From positions 192,001 through 256,000 of the forward strand of contig CAVSHT010000008.1 of NCBI GenBank assembly GCA_963727895.1: a stretch of DNA of 64,000 nt, read 5' to 3'. The notes under the pieces were generated by a model. The model saw only the letters and a list, made by a program, of their open reading frames with translations. It did no database searches and was not told where the DNA came from. This stretch comes from an uncultured Methanosarcinaceae archaeon. Its GTDB lineage: Archaea; Halobacteriota; Methanosarcinia; Methanosarcinales; Methanosarcinaceae. The position numbers and the translations under genes were made by a program. Shown in pieces: positions 43,676 through 57,164 of the stretch. Each line of letters starts with the position of its first letter. Positions within the stretch are counted from its first letter, which is position 1.

Positions 43676-45133
43676 TGAGTGAGGAACACACCGAACAGGA
43701 AACTCATGTTTGCAGGGGCTGTTGCGGGACTGATGAAAATGAAGTTCCAGATTCTGAGGTCGGATTTGAAGCAGAGGAATTCGAAGCCGAAGATCTCGAA
43801 GCTGAAGCTCCCGAAACTGCTAAGGGTGAAGCCCCAGGAAAAAATCACGGTTACCACCAGCATGGATATTCAGGGATCCCATTTTCTCTATACTCAGACT
43901 ACTGAAAAATCCATCAAAACTCTGGATTATGATTACAAACGCTGTAATGGCTGTGGGATCTGTGCAGAAATATGTCCCACAAAAGCTCTTGAAATGGGTC
44001 CACTTCATGAGATTGCAACAGGGCTTGATGCGCCTGCGGTAATGATGGACCTTGATAAATGCACTTTCTGCAGAATGTGTTCAAATCTCTGCCCTGTACA
44101 TGCTATTACTTTTGAGTCTGTGGGAGAAGTTCCTGATGAAAAACAGTATCCTAAGTATGATACTTTTGTTAAGATCAACGAAAAGTGTCTCCCCTGTGCA
44201 CTATGTGAAGGAGCCTGCCCTCAGGATGCAATAGAAGTTGAGTTCACCTTTCCGAAAAAAGAAGAGATTGCGCCTTTAAAGGAAGGGGCAGAAGGCGAGA
44301 TCGAAATTGACACAGAAAAGTGTAATTTCTGTGGTATATGTGCTCGGTTCTGTGATGCCTTCATCCTGCTTGAGCGTGAACCCACGCCTGATAATCTCGT
44401 GCCTTTTGAGCAGATTCTTGTGGATGAGGATAAATGCGATTATTGTGTACTCTGTCAGGATCTCTGTCCTGAAGAAGCAATAAAGGTAAAAGGGGAACGT
44501 CCCTGCGAAGCTCCGAAAGTTGAAGGAAATGTTAAGGTCGACGAGCTGAAGTGTACTCAGTGTGCTCGCTGTAAGACTGTCTGTCCTTATGAAGCCATAG
44601 ACCTGCAAAAGCCTATGGAAGGAGAATTGAACCTTATTGAAACTAACCTGAAGGAATGTGATCCTCAGGGCTGTCGCGGTTGTTTTAATGTTTGTCCTTC
44701 CAACCTCTGGTATGTGCCTACAGATCCTGAAGATCCGAGAAAAATTGCTTTTGCAGAAGATTTCTGTACCTATTGCGGAGCCTGCGTGAAAGCATGTCAC
44801 CTGGACGCTATCGAAGTGGAAAGGACCGATGTTCACCACACTGAAATTCCTGATACTCCCTGGGCTGCACAGTGGAGGGATGCAATCGAGTCCCTGAAAA
44901 CAGGAGTACGAAAAGGAGTTGACCGTGCAGTAGCAAGGGAAACCGAGACTCTTAAGGCCCAGAAATTCATGGGTATAGAGCCCCCAGATGTTGATGAGAT
45001 AATGCTTGCAGCCGTTCAGGAAAAGCTCGAGGCTTTAATGCCAGTCCTCCGAAGTGCTAAAGTCAGGAAACTCTGGGAAACCGATTCTCCGCAAAATGCA
45101 GCTGCAGTCGTAAAAAAGAAAATTGAAGGGTGA
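43675..45133 (+). CDS. Polyferredoxin (4Fe-4S repeats); frameshift at the C4 run near 43832 separates the acidic N-terminus
   Basis: Many CxxCxxCxxxCP motifs in 43679-45133; ATG 43675 follows GAGGAGGT, overlaps the hdrA stop, and is in a different frame. Confidence 0.85.
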
Positions 45134-45542
45134 AGAATAGAAACAAGATAAGAGTGAGAATAAAAATAAATACTCCCATATTATTAAATCATTTTTGTTA
45201 TTGGAAAAGACCTCAACAGAAAAGCCTAAAATCTTAATTAATATACATGCGTCTTCGGTTAAGTGAGGAATCATGATAAATTGCCTCCATTCACACAACA
45301 GTTGTTATAAATTTTAACATATTGTGGACTGGAACAAGGTATCAATTTCATGTAAAAGGTTCAAAGTTTAATCGGAATTAAGGAGCAAAATCGATAGCTT
45401 TCAGGCAAGAAAATCCCTTAACCGATGACCAATGAATTAATATATTGTTTGAGGTCTGTCTATTTTAAATTAATAAACTCATAAACTTATTATCTTGAAA
45501 AAGTACTTACTCTTCAATATTTCTTAAAAATTGGTGATAAAC

Positions 45543-45758
45543 ATGCAGGAGAACATGAACTTAAAAATAGGAGAAGCTGCAGGAGTGCTGTATCGCAAGC
45601 TGGAAGAAGGTGAATGCAGCTTGAACCAGGTAAAGATTCACCTGAGTGCCAATGGCTTTGATTCTCAAATGACTTTGATGTCTATTGGATGGCTTGCCAG
45701 GGAGGACAAGATCAGCCTTGATAAAGAATCCAATCGCTGGTATCTTCGATTAAAGTAA
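45543..45758 (+). CDS. Small winged-helix protein (DUF2582-like)
   Basis: IGEAAGVLYRKL…MSIGWLAREDKI. Confidence 0.85.
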   Translation: MQENMNLKIGEAAGVLYRKLEEGECSLNQVKIHLSANGFDSQMTLMSIGWLAREDKISLDKESNRWYLRLK

Positions 45759-45815
45759 CTCTTTTGAATTTTTAGATTTTTGTTGTACACAAAATGATCT
45801 TCCATTATATTTTCT

Positions 45816-46307
45816 TTAGCTTGCTTTTCCTTCAGGGCTCTTTTTTTCTCTTACAACCATAAAAGGCACTTTTGAGTGACGGATAACATTTTCGGCAACG
45901 CTGCCTAAAAGTAGCCGCTCAATTCTTGTCCTGCCAAGAGTACCCATAACAATGAGATCCATTTCTTCTTCTTCTTCAGCGTATCGGATTATTTCAGAAG
46001 CAGGGTGACCTTCAAGCAAGATAGATTTTACATTGACATTTTCCAGCTTTCCTGTTTCTTTTACATAATCTAAAGCTTTTCATCCTTCTCTCTTCAGTTC
46101 TTCGCTCATCTTTTCCCAGTAAAAATATACAGCCATCGAAGAAAAATATTCAGTGGATACTACATAAACTGCGTAAACTGTTCCTCCACTTAACCTGGCA
46201 AGTTCTATCCCTTTATTGGCAGCAACCCTTGAGCAAACCGAGCCGTCAGTTGCAATCATTATTTTCTTAAAAGTATCGTTCTCTATACAGGACTCCCACT
46301 TATTCAT
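45816..46307 (-). pseudogene. Universal stress protein with in-frame TGA at 46080-46082
   Basis: KKIMIATDGS…; same frame resumes KALDYV…GHPASEII…DLIVMGTLGRT…LLGSVAENV. Confidence 0.88.
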
Positions 46308-46516
46308 TCACCTGTTAGAAATATAACGCCATCGGATAATCTTATCAGATTTCAGAAAGTGAAGATGCCAGGTGCTATTTTCACCTTATGTATACTATAT
46401 GTACATTAAAATTTCATGCTCATATGTAAGTTTAGAAAATAGATGCAGAGTTAACTCAATGTGCTCTAAGAAGAAATATCAACCAGCTAAAAGTGTACGA
46501 CTTAAATTTGCTTGTA

Positions 46517-46931
46517 TCAAGTAAATAAAGCAATATATGTTCCTAATGTAAAATTTACTAACCATAAAACTAAAAGAACACGCATGTTAACTTTAGTTTT
46601 CCATCTTCTTTTGATTTTCCAGCTTCTCCTATTAATCATAACTACAAACCCAAGAACTAAAATTACAAGTCCTATAACAGAATGAATTAAAATTATAGGA
46701 GAAACTGTTTGCGAGATTATGGCATCATATGTGAAATTAATCATATACGGAACGGACAAGATTACTAGCAAATATCCTAATGTAGATACCACATCGTGTT
46801 TGTTTAATTTTCCCTTACTTAATTTACCTGTTCTTAATATGATAAAACCGATAATAACAAGGATCAAGGCTATTTTTTGTAAATCAAATGAAATTGATAT
46901 AAATTCGTCCGTATCTATACCTGATATTCAT
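46517..46931 (-). CDS. Multi-TM hypothetical membrane protein; SD-proximal ATG is out of frame by 1 nt
   Basis: ORF 46517-46867; GGAGG-ATG at 46931 would join it if one A were removed. Confidence 0.6.
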
Positions 46932-47034
46932 GCCGCCTCCATATAAAATAAATTATAAGTAATAAAAATAATTGTAATTATAAAAATTGCTTAATGATAT
47001 AAGCACAGTTTTGTATCTCAGTTTTTTCTCCATT

Positions 47035-47271
47035 TCAATAGGTTTTTCCATATTTCAGTACATCTTGAACTTTTTTCAAGTTAGCTATCATCTTCTTCTT
47101 CATTTCAATAGTATTTTCCATATCTTTAATTCTCTTTTCAAAAAATAATATTTTCATGTCTATGTACATAACTGCAAGTTCCTTTTTTTGTTCTGCAGTT
47201 AATTCTTTTAACACATCAATAGGTAACCTACAACTCCCTGAAGTGTGTTCCATTGTTTGTTCTTCGTGCAT
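47035..47271 (-). CDS. Small coiled-coil hypothetical protein
   Basis: AAGGAGG SD before ATG; 78 aa. Confidence 0.7.
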   Translation of the reverse strand: MHEEQTMEHTSGSCRLPIDVLKELTAEQKKELAVMYIDMKILFFEKRIKDMENTIEMKKKMIANLKKVQDVLKYGKTY

Positions 47272-47739
47272 TTAACTGCCTCCTTTTATAAGCACTGAGC
47301 AAAGGTTTGTTTTTGATAATACAATTGATTGTTTTTAGAGACTTTGACTTTTCTGAAGTCACTAAACTTTGCCATTTACTTTACTTATCATTGATTAAAA
47401 TCAATCAAAACCCAGAAATTACAGAAAGTCTCAATTTCAAATTGTATTACTAAAAATTAATATAAAAACTATATAATATTAATAGAATTATAAATAAGGA
47501 ACAAATATTAAAAGGGATTAAATTCATATCATGCCTACAATCCAAAGAAATAAAGCTTCTCAAAGCTCATGTTGTGATAAACTTTTGATCAGAAACTTAA
47601 TTTCCAAATATATATTATTTTATTCATTTATAATAATTATTAGATAAGCAGCATATAGATCAAAGAGATCAAAATGAATTTAACCGAATTAGAGGGTAAA
47701 TATTATGTCAGCAGTTTTAAAGTTATCACCGTCTATTTG

Positions 47740-48611
47740 GGTTCCGTTGCAAAAAATCTTAGAATAAAAAATCTTAGAATAAGCCTGTAAATCTATGAAT
47801 AATGAATAAAAGTTAAAATATTCAAAAAGATATGTCAATATTATAGAACTATTCCAAATAATTGATTAATATATTTAGCTTCATTAAAGCCAGAGTAATT
47901 TAAGTTCTTGATTTGTCCTTTTTTAATCATATTCATAGCTTCAATTCCTTTTAAAGTTTTAATGGCTGTATGAAAAGACTGAAATCCTAACATTGGATTA
48001 ACTATTCGTTTAATGGATCTATGATCCTGTTCTATAATGTTATTCAAATATTTGATTTGTCGAATGCCTACGTTTATAGGTAGTATTTTATCATTTTTCA
48101 GTTTATCTATAGCAGGTGGATAAGCTGGATTTTTGTCAACTGTGATTACTCTTGGAATTTGATTATGATTAGAGTTCAAAGCTTTCTTAAAGAAACGTTT
48201 TGCTGCTTTTTTATTTCGTTTTGCACTTAACATGAAATCAATTGTATCTCCATTTGAGTCAACTGCTCGGTAAAAATATTTCCATTCACCTTTAACTCTG
48301 ATATAAGTTTCATCAACTCTCCAAGAGTCGTTTGTTGGTCTTAAATGCCTTCTGACCTTCTTTTCGATTTCAGGTGAATATTGATGTACCCATCTCATAA
48401 TGGTTGTATGGTTGACTATTATCCCTCTTTCTGCCATCATTTCCTTTAAATTTCTATAACTAAGTGGGTATTTTAAGTACCATCTAACATTCAATAAAAT
48501 AATTTCACCAACAAAGTGCTTCCATTTAAAGGAATTAGATAGCATATCACTATCTTTGATTTCATTTTTATTTTAATTATATCCTTAGCAGATATTTTTT
48601 GCAACGGAACC
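47740..48611 (-). mobile_element. IS6-family element, copy 2 (872 bp, with a 15-bp duplication next to one IR)
   Basis: GGTTCCGTTGCAAAAAAT IRs; AAAAAATCTTAGAAT repeated twice; no TSD. Confidence 0.95.
47841..48545 (-). CDS. IS6-family transposase
   Basis: 234 aa, DDE motifs intact. Confidence 0.95.
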   Translation of the reverse strand: MLSNSFKWKHFVGEIILLNVRWYLKYPLSYRNLKEMMAERGIIVNHTTIMRWVHQYSPEIEKKVRRHLRPTNDSWRVDETYIRVKGEWKYFYRAVDSNGDTIDFMLSAKRNKKAAKRFFKKALNSNHNQIPRVITVDKNPAYPPAIDKLKNDKILPINVGIRQIKYLNNIIEQDHRSIKRIVNPMLGFQSFHTAIKTLKGIEAMNMIKKGQIKNLNYSGFNEAKYINQLFGIVL

Positions 48612-50532
<1,921 letters not shown>

Positions 50533-51015
50533 AATATCGTATGCTTTTCAAGTATTGCATAAAGCAATTTTATGATTGCATAAAGTAATAATGTATATGA
50601 AAAGCAGATGATATTAGATTAGATATTAAAAGGCAGTCTTTCAGTTACTATAAAACTGCCAAACTTTTTTAATAGGATATGTCACGTAGAAGGTATACCT
50701 GAAATAAATAATATTTCCGCAGCTTGGCACTATAATTCTGATCTTCATGTTTCATTTTCTTGGTGCTAAAATTAATTAATTTTTTTTAATTGTGAAGGTC
50801 TACACTGATTTTGTAACAAAGCCACAGGTTTTTTGCACCACAACTGGAAATACTATGTTTAATTTGTTAATCAACATCATACTTAATTTGTCAATCAATA
50901 TAATGGGATTATTTAAATAATTATAATAAGAATTTGTAGCTACTATAATTCGTTGTTGGATTACGTATTTGGTTTGTCTACTTATCTCACAACATATTTC
51001 TAAGGGATCTAAAAA

Positions 51016-52293
51016 ATGAAAATATTTTTCGCTATCGTTCCTTTCGTCCTATTTATTTTATTGTTACCTGGAATAGCTGGAGCAGCAAACCAAAATGATA
51101 TTAACCAGGAGCTTCAGCAGGGGGGTATAATTCACCTTCCTGCTGGAACTTATGTTTTGACAGATTCAATAATTCTTCAATCTAACACTGTTCTAGTAGG
51201 TGAGCCTGGAACTGTAATTACAATTCCAGATCATGCTGGATGGCCTGCATGGAAACCGTTAATTTCAGGAAATTGTGTTCAAAATGTCACAATTCGAAAT
51301 TTAGACATTAATGCAAACAGTGATGAGAATTCAGAAACTCCACACGGTGCAGGGTATTATAACTGCATCCATGTAATCAATTGCAGTAATGTACAGGTTT
51401 ATAACTGCACTTTTCACAATAGTCTTGGCGATGGCCTGAGAACTAAAAAAAGTAAAGATATTAAATTTTATAATAATCTTGTTTACAGACTTGGACATGA
51501 AGGCTTCTTTGGCATTGAGAGTCAGTATATTGAATGTTTCAATAATCGAATAACTACAAGAACAAATAGTGGTCTCAGGATCTGGAACTCTGCAAATGTC
51601 AGTTTACATGACAATGTCATAGATGCTCAATTGGATGCTAGTGGGGGTAATGCTGGCATCCAGATAGAAGATTCCAAAAGCAATGTAAGTAATGTGGAGA
51701 TCTGTAATAATGTCCTTAATAGAACATGGGGAGCAGGTATCTGGTTAACTGCCTATGATGCAGGAGTATCAGACATTCAGAAAGTTCGAATTCATCACAA
51801 TTTGTTCTATGAAACAGGACAGAGTTATAATATTCAATATACAGGAGGCATAGTTAATGATGGATTCAAAAACACCCAGATTTATAACAATATTTTTGAT
51901 GGGGTGAAAAATAATGCCTTTAGAAATCAAGCTGGAGGGCAAGGTACAGTAATAAAAGATAATGTTTTTACAAATATAATTCAGCATACTATACTTTCTC
52001 AGACGGGAACAGGGTATGCGATTGCTGATCTTGTAGGAGCAAACATTTCTATAAATAACAATTCTTTTTACAATAATGAAAATGGAGATGTATATCATAC
52101 AAGTTCTTCTAATGCCAATTTTACAGATCCTAAAACTCATCAGACTTCTTCAGGTTGGTTCTGGACAGGCTCAACATGGACATGTAAGTTTGTAAAACCA
52201 ATGGAATTAGGCTCTATTCCACTTACTACAACTATTAAGTTACGAATAATGGCAATAATATACAGAATATGGTTCCGTTGCAAAAAATCTTAG
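51016..52293 (+). CDS. Secreted right-handed parallel beta-helix protein; 3' end runs into IS6 at 52271
   Basis: Signal peptide, IHLPAGTYVL, Asn-rich beta-helix repeats; last residues come from the IS IR. Confidence 0.82.
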   Translation: MKIFFAIVPFVLFILLLPGIAGAANQNDINQELQQGGIIHLPAGTYVLTDSIILQSNTVLVGEPGTVITIPDHAGWPAWKPLISGNCVQNVTIRNLDINANSDENSETPHGAGYYNCIHVINCSNVQVYNCTFHNSLGDGLRTKKSKDIKFYNNLVYRLGHEGFFGIESQYIECFNNRITTRTNSGLRIWNSANVSLHDNVIDAQLDASGGNAGIQIEDSKSNVSNVEICNNVLNRTWGAGIWLTAYDAGVSDIQKVRIHHNLFYETGQSYNIQYTGGIVNDGFKNTQIYNNIFDGVKNNAFRNQAGGQGTVIKDNVFTNIIQHTILSQTGTGYAIADLVGANISINNNSFYNNENGDVYHTSSSNANFTDPKTHQTSSGWFWTGSTWTCKFVKPMELGSIPLTTTIKLRIMAIIYRIWFRCKKS

Positions 52294-53127
52294 AATAAGC
52301 CTGCAAATCTATGAATAATGAATAAAAGTTAAAATATTCAAAAAGATATGTCAATATTATAGAACTATTCCAAATAATTGATTAATATATTTAGCTTCAT
52401 TAAAGCCAGAGTAATTTAAGTTCTTGATTTGTCCTTTTTTAATCATATTCATAGCTTCAATTCCTTTTAAAGTTTTAGTGGCTGTATGAAAAGACTGAAA
52501 TCCTAACATTGGATTAACTATTCGTTTAATGGATCTATGATCTTGTTCTATAATGTTATTCAAATATTTGATTTGTCGAATGCCTACGTTTATAGGTAGT
52601 ATTTTATCATTTTTCAGTTTATCTATAGCAGGTGGATAAGCTGGATTTTTGTCAACTGTGATTACTCTTGGAATTTGATTATGATTAGAGTTCAAAGCTT
52701 TTTTGAAGAATCTGTTCGCTGCTTTTTGGTTTCGTTTTGCACTTAACATGAAATCAATTGTATCTCCATTTGAGTCAACTGCTCGGTAAAAATATTTCCA
52801 TTCACCTTTAACTCTGATATAAGTTTCATCAACTCTCCAAGAATCGTTTGTTGGTCTTAAATGCCTTCTGACCTTCTTTTCGATTTCAGGTGAATATTGA
52901 TGTACCCATCTCATAATGGTTGTATGGTTGACTATTATCCCTCTTTCTGCCATCATTTCCTTTAAATTTCTATAACTAAGTGGGTATTTTAAGTACCATC
53001 TAACATTCAATAAAATAATTTCACCAACAAAGTGCTTCCATTTAAAGGAATTAGATAGCATATCACTATCTTTGATTTCATTTTTATTTTAATTATATCC
53101 TTAGCAGATATTTTTTGCAACGGAACC
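52271..53127 (-). mobile_element. IS6-family element, copy 3 (857 bp)
   Basis: Terminal IRs; different broken genes on each side; no TSD. Confidence 0.95.
52357..53061 (-). CDS. IS6-family transposase
   Basis: 234 aa, DDE motifs intact. Confidence 0.95.
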   Translation of the reverse strand: MLSNSFKWKHFVGEIILLNVRWYLKYPLSYRNLKEMMAERGIIVNHTTIMRWVHQYSPEIEKKVRRHLRPTNDSWRVDETYIRVKGEWKYFYRAVDSNGDTIDFMLSAKRNQKAANRFFKKALNSNHNQIPRVITVDKNPAYPPAIDKLKNDKILPINVGIRQIKYLNNIIEQDHRSIKRIVNPMLGFQSFHTATKTLKGIEAMNMIKKGQIKNLNYSGFNEAKYINQLFGIVL

Positions 53128-53542
53128 GTAAAACTCCTGATATTGCAAGCAAAAAAGGAAGCAGCCCTTTGCTATTTATTCTTTCGCCAAGAATTGAGGG
53201 CGCAAACAAATTAACATATACAGGAGCTGTGTATAGCAGAAGGACGGCAACTGAAACTCCACTGTATCGAATAGATAAAAAGTAACAGGTACCTGTTATT
53301 GTGTTTAAAAGACCCAGAAATAAGAGGTATATTTTTTTATTTTTTGGCTTAAGCTGTGCAAGTTTTTGATTAAAAAACAGATAAATAAAAATTATGCAGA
53401 AACCAAAAAATAACCTGGAAAAGAGGATCGATCCTGCGGACATATCTTTAATTTTATTGAGGAAAATTCCAATTGTCCCATAAATTATGCTGCCAGCTAC
53501 AACTTCATAATAAGGTTTTAAAGAATTTTCCTGCGCAGGCAT
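53128..53542 (-). pseudogene. EamA/DMT transporter, 3'-truncated by IS6
   Basis: Paralog of the adjacent gene (AVLLLYTAP); only one EamA repeat remains. Confidence 0.85.
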
Positions 53543-53689
53543 GGTCGGGAATTAAAAGCTTGTGAATATATATTTTTTGGGTGTGAATAACAATGATTCA
53601 GAAACTTTACTACAACATTTTACCTCAAAAATAATCTAAAAAATGTCAACTCAAAAAGATAAAAGTAAAAATTGGTTGAGAAACAGGTT

Positions 53690-54655
53690 TTATTTATTTG
53701 TAGTTCCTAAAACCTTCTTTTTCCTGAAAAAAGACCTTTTACCAAAGTTTGTTTTATCCCATATAATTAATTTTTTCAGGAAAACCGCCTCATCCAGGCT
53801 GATTACAATTGCTGCAGCAAGGATGAAAATACAGCCAATGAACATTCCGCTATGAATTGGACTTCCAAGTACCGTATAGTCAAAGAATATACAGGAAACC
53901 GGCTCAAGTAAGGTAAGGACGCTGCCAGTAATTGCGCTTACGCCTGCTACACCTCTTATGTAAAACACTGCTCCAATTCCGGTAATCAGTACTCCAAAGA
54001 GCATAAGCACTGGAAGGTTTTCGGCAAGAATATGCCGTGGAACTGAAACTGCAAAAGGTGAAAGAAAGAACAAGCTGATAGCGCTTTGCCAGAAAAGCTG
54101 AGTAAGCCCATTATATTCATCTCTCAAGTAGCGAACAGAGATTATTACCCCACTGCTGAAAAGGCCCCCCGTAAGTCCAAACAACACTCCTTTTAGATAA
54201 TAGCTCCCAAAATCAAGTTGTTCAAAACCTCCTTCAGGCCTTGTTACATAGAAGACACCTATTAAGCCAAGGAAAAGAGCAAAAATGGTTTTTTCGGTAT
54301 TTTTTTCTCCCAGCAGAAGGGGGGCAAGAATGGTTAGATAAATAGGATCTGTATAAAGAAGAAGGACAGCTGAAGAAGCTCCCAAATAACGAATTGCCGA
54401 ATAATAGGAAAACATTTGCAAAACGTACAGGATTCCCAAAAGAAGGAGATAATTTTTTTTCCCTTTTAGAGCGAGCTGACCTAAATTTCCAGTAATTGCA
54501 AGATAAAATGAAATTGCAGAAAGTCCAAAGAGAATTCTGTAGAAAATAATTGATCCTACAGACATATCATCTAACCATTGCATATAAATGCCGACAGTAC
54601 CGTAAATTACGCAAGCAACCAATAGTTCAAAATGAGGTTTAAGAGCCACAGTCAT
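53690..54655 (-). CDS. EamA/DMT family transporter
   Basis: About ten TMs; SAVLLLYTDP, GSVLTLLEPV. Confidence 0.92.
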   Translation of the reverse strand: MTVALKPHFELLVACVIYGTVGIYMQWLDDMSVGSIIFYRILFGLSAISFYLAITGNLGQLALKGKKNYLLLLGILYVLQMFSYYSAIRYLGASSAVLLLYTDPIYLTILAPLLLGEKNTEKTIFALFLGLIGVFYVTRPEGGFEQLDFGSYYLKGVLFGLTGGLFSSGVIISVRYLRDEYNGLTQLFWQSAISLFFLSPFAVSVPRHILAENLPVLMLFGVLITGIGAVFYIRGVAGVSAITGSVLTLLEPVSCIFFDYTVLGSPIHSGMFIGCIFILAAAIVISLDEAVFLKKLIIWDKTNFGKRSFFRKKKVLGTTNK

Positions 54656-54803
54656 AAATTATTTTAAGTTTTTAAATGTATATATATTTTTAGTAAGATA
54701 GTACATTATAAATTTAATTTAACAGTTTTGAAACATATCGTTTTTTAAATTATACGTTTAATTTTAAGATTGGAAGTTATTTTTATATGTCGTGGGTTCA
54801 GTT

Positions 54804-56505
54804 TTAAAACTTTTCCAAACTAAGTACCACATGCTGTCGGCTTCCCATCCTGTAGATAGTAAGCCCTTTAAGTCCATGTTTCCAGGCATAAATCAAAGCC
54901 TGTTTGATATCTTCTTTTTCCGCAGAAAAAGGCATATTAATAGTTTTCGAAATTCCTGCATGACAATGACGTTGAAACGCCGCCTGGACATCAATGTGAG
55001 CCTTCCAATCAATATCAAGCGCTGATCTGAATAGGCATTTTTCGTCTTCGCTTACGAGCTTTTGATCTTCCACATTCTGTACAGTACCATACTTATAGAC
55101 GTGTTCAAGTAACCGGTTATATTCAGTTTCTGATAATTTTGACTTGAAATGGTCCCTAAAAATGGGATGAACAAGCATAAACTCCTGACCTATAGTCTGA
55201 GTCCGCCTGTATACCCAGCTGAAAACAGGCTCGATTCCTGCCGAACAACCTGCAAGAATACTTATTGTACCTGTTGGGGCAACTGCAGTTAGTGCAGCAT
55301 TTCTCATAGGAAGCTCCCAGGTTGAATTTTCATATTCAGGAAAAGGCCCTTTTTCTACAGCAAGTTTTCTTGATTCCCTAATTGCAGCCCAGTTAATTTG
55401 TTCCATAAGTTTTTCCACAAGTTCAAGGGCTTCTTGAGAGTCATAGGGAAGTCCAAACTTCAAAAGCATATCGTGAAGACCCATTACTCCAAGCCCCACT
55501 TTCCGAGTTTTCTTAGTTGCAGCCTCAATCTCTGGAATAGGATATATATTTTTATCAATTTCGTTATCCAGAAAACGGATAGCTTTTCCGGCTACTTTCC
55601 TGAGAAAGTCCCAGTTTACTTTTCCATCCATAACGAAAAGAGAAAGGTTTATGCTTCCCAGATTGCAAGCTTCAAAAGGCAAAAGAGGTTCTTCTCCACA
55701 AGGGTTCGTGGCTGAGATATCACCAAGAGCAGGCGTGAAATTATCCCTATTTATTCGGTCATAAAAAAGAACGCCTGGTTCACCGGTTCTCCAGATTCCC
55801 GCAATAATTTCTGAAAATATGCGCTCAACCGTTACACCCGTTTGCTTGTTCCAGACCTTTTCGGTCTTATTAGCTTCAATGAGTTCCATGAAGGCATCAG
55901 GAACCATAACCGATATATTGAAATTATTCAGCTCTCCTTCAACACTTTTTGCTTGAATAAAAGAAAGGACATCGTTATGAGAAATATCAAGAATGCCAAT
56001 ATTAGCTCCCCTCCGTCTTCCAAAGTGCTTTACGATTTCAGTTGCTTCATTAAAAAGTTTCATGATAGCTACAGGGCCGCTTGTCGAGTTATCGTCACAT
56101 AAACTTATGTCACATGAATTGGTAGAGTCTCTAGAGCATATTTTTGAAAAATCAAAACCTGTTCCTCCTCCGGTTTTCTGGATCAGGGCTGCGGTTTTTA
56201 TTGAATCAAAAATATCCTCGACACTATATTCTACAGGGATTACAAAACAGGCTGCAAGCTGTCCTAATTCAGTACCAGCATTCATAAGCGTAGGTGAACT
56301 TGGAAGAAAAATCTTTCTGACCATGAGGTCTTTAAATTCCAGATATTCTTCTTCAGTTACTGCAACTGCCTTTGCAACTCTCTCGCAGACCTTCCTCCCA
56401 ATCTTTTTCTCCCTCATGTAGATATCTAGTTTTGAGAGTTTCACTGACCAGAAAATCCAATCCTTCTTCTGTACCCAACACAAAAATCTGTTCTCCTGTA
56501 AACAT
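54804..56505 (-). CDS. nrdJ: Adenosylcobalamin-dependent (class II) ribonucleotide reductase; probable frameshift near 56391
   Basis: FLPSSPTLMNAG, QLAACFV, ATNPCGEEPL, VAPTGTIS, GISKTIN, KGLTIYR; the LKTRYL…DWEE N-terminal motif lies in another frame starting at ATG 56505. Confidence 0.88.
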
Positions 56506-56831
56506 TCCGCAGGCTTTAGTTTGTTAAAAGAAGTTATCTTCTTATTAAATGGGCTTTTTTATTATTGTATCCGAAAATGCGATTCGAAATTATAATCAGG
56601 AAGAATATAGTTCAGAAATAACAGTTTAAATTGGTCTTATTTATTTCCGAGTAAATACTTTTATATATTTTATTTATTGAATAATTAATAATCTATGAGA
56701 TAAATAACACGGCGAAGAAGGTAGAAATAAATCAAACATCAACATAGAAACACTGATAGAAAAACAGATAGAACTGACAGACCGTCGAGCCTTTCGTTTC
56801 AAAGAGTTATTTGATAGAGTGGAGAAATCAT

Positions 56832-57098
56832 ATGAGCGTTATAGATGAAGATATTGTTGATCAGAGCAAGTATATTGTCGATGTCGCTTTGAAGCTGCGA
56901 AATCTCGATCTTGAAATTGCCAAAAATCCAAACTGCTATGAGCTCAAGTCGAGGCGGTTTAAGGTATTGGAAGACCTCCACGATAAAACTCGCTCAGAGT
57001 TGGTGCAAGCCGCAGCTGAGCTTCGTAGATGTAAAGATAGAGAAGGTAATCATTGCGCTGATTGCATGAGATGTGATTTATATAAGGAGTTTATTTAA
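56832..57098 (+). CDS. Small hypothetical protein with C-terminal Cys cluster
   Basis: GGAG SD then ATG 56832; C…HCADCMRC. Confidence 0.65.
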   Translation: MSVIDEDIVDQSKYIVDVALKLRNLDLEIAKNPNCYELKSRRFKVLEDLHDKTRSELVQAAAELRRCKDREGNHCADCMRCDLYKEFI

Positions 57099-57164
57099 GT
57101 TAAAACTGTAACACTAAATCCTGATAGTAATGCAGTCAGTGAAAAATATACTAGATATTATTTT

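Noticed and set aside
46080..46082. In-frame TGA as selenocysteine in the USP (also 6993-6995)
   Set aside because: Not catalytic Cys positions, and Methanosarcina are not known to use Sec.
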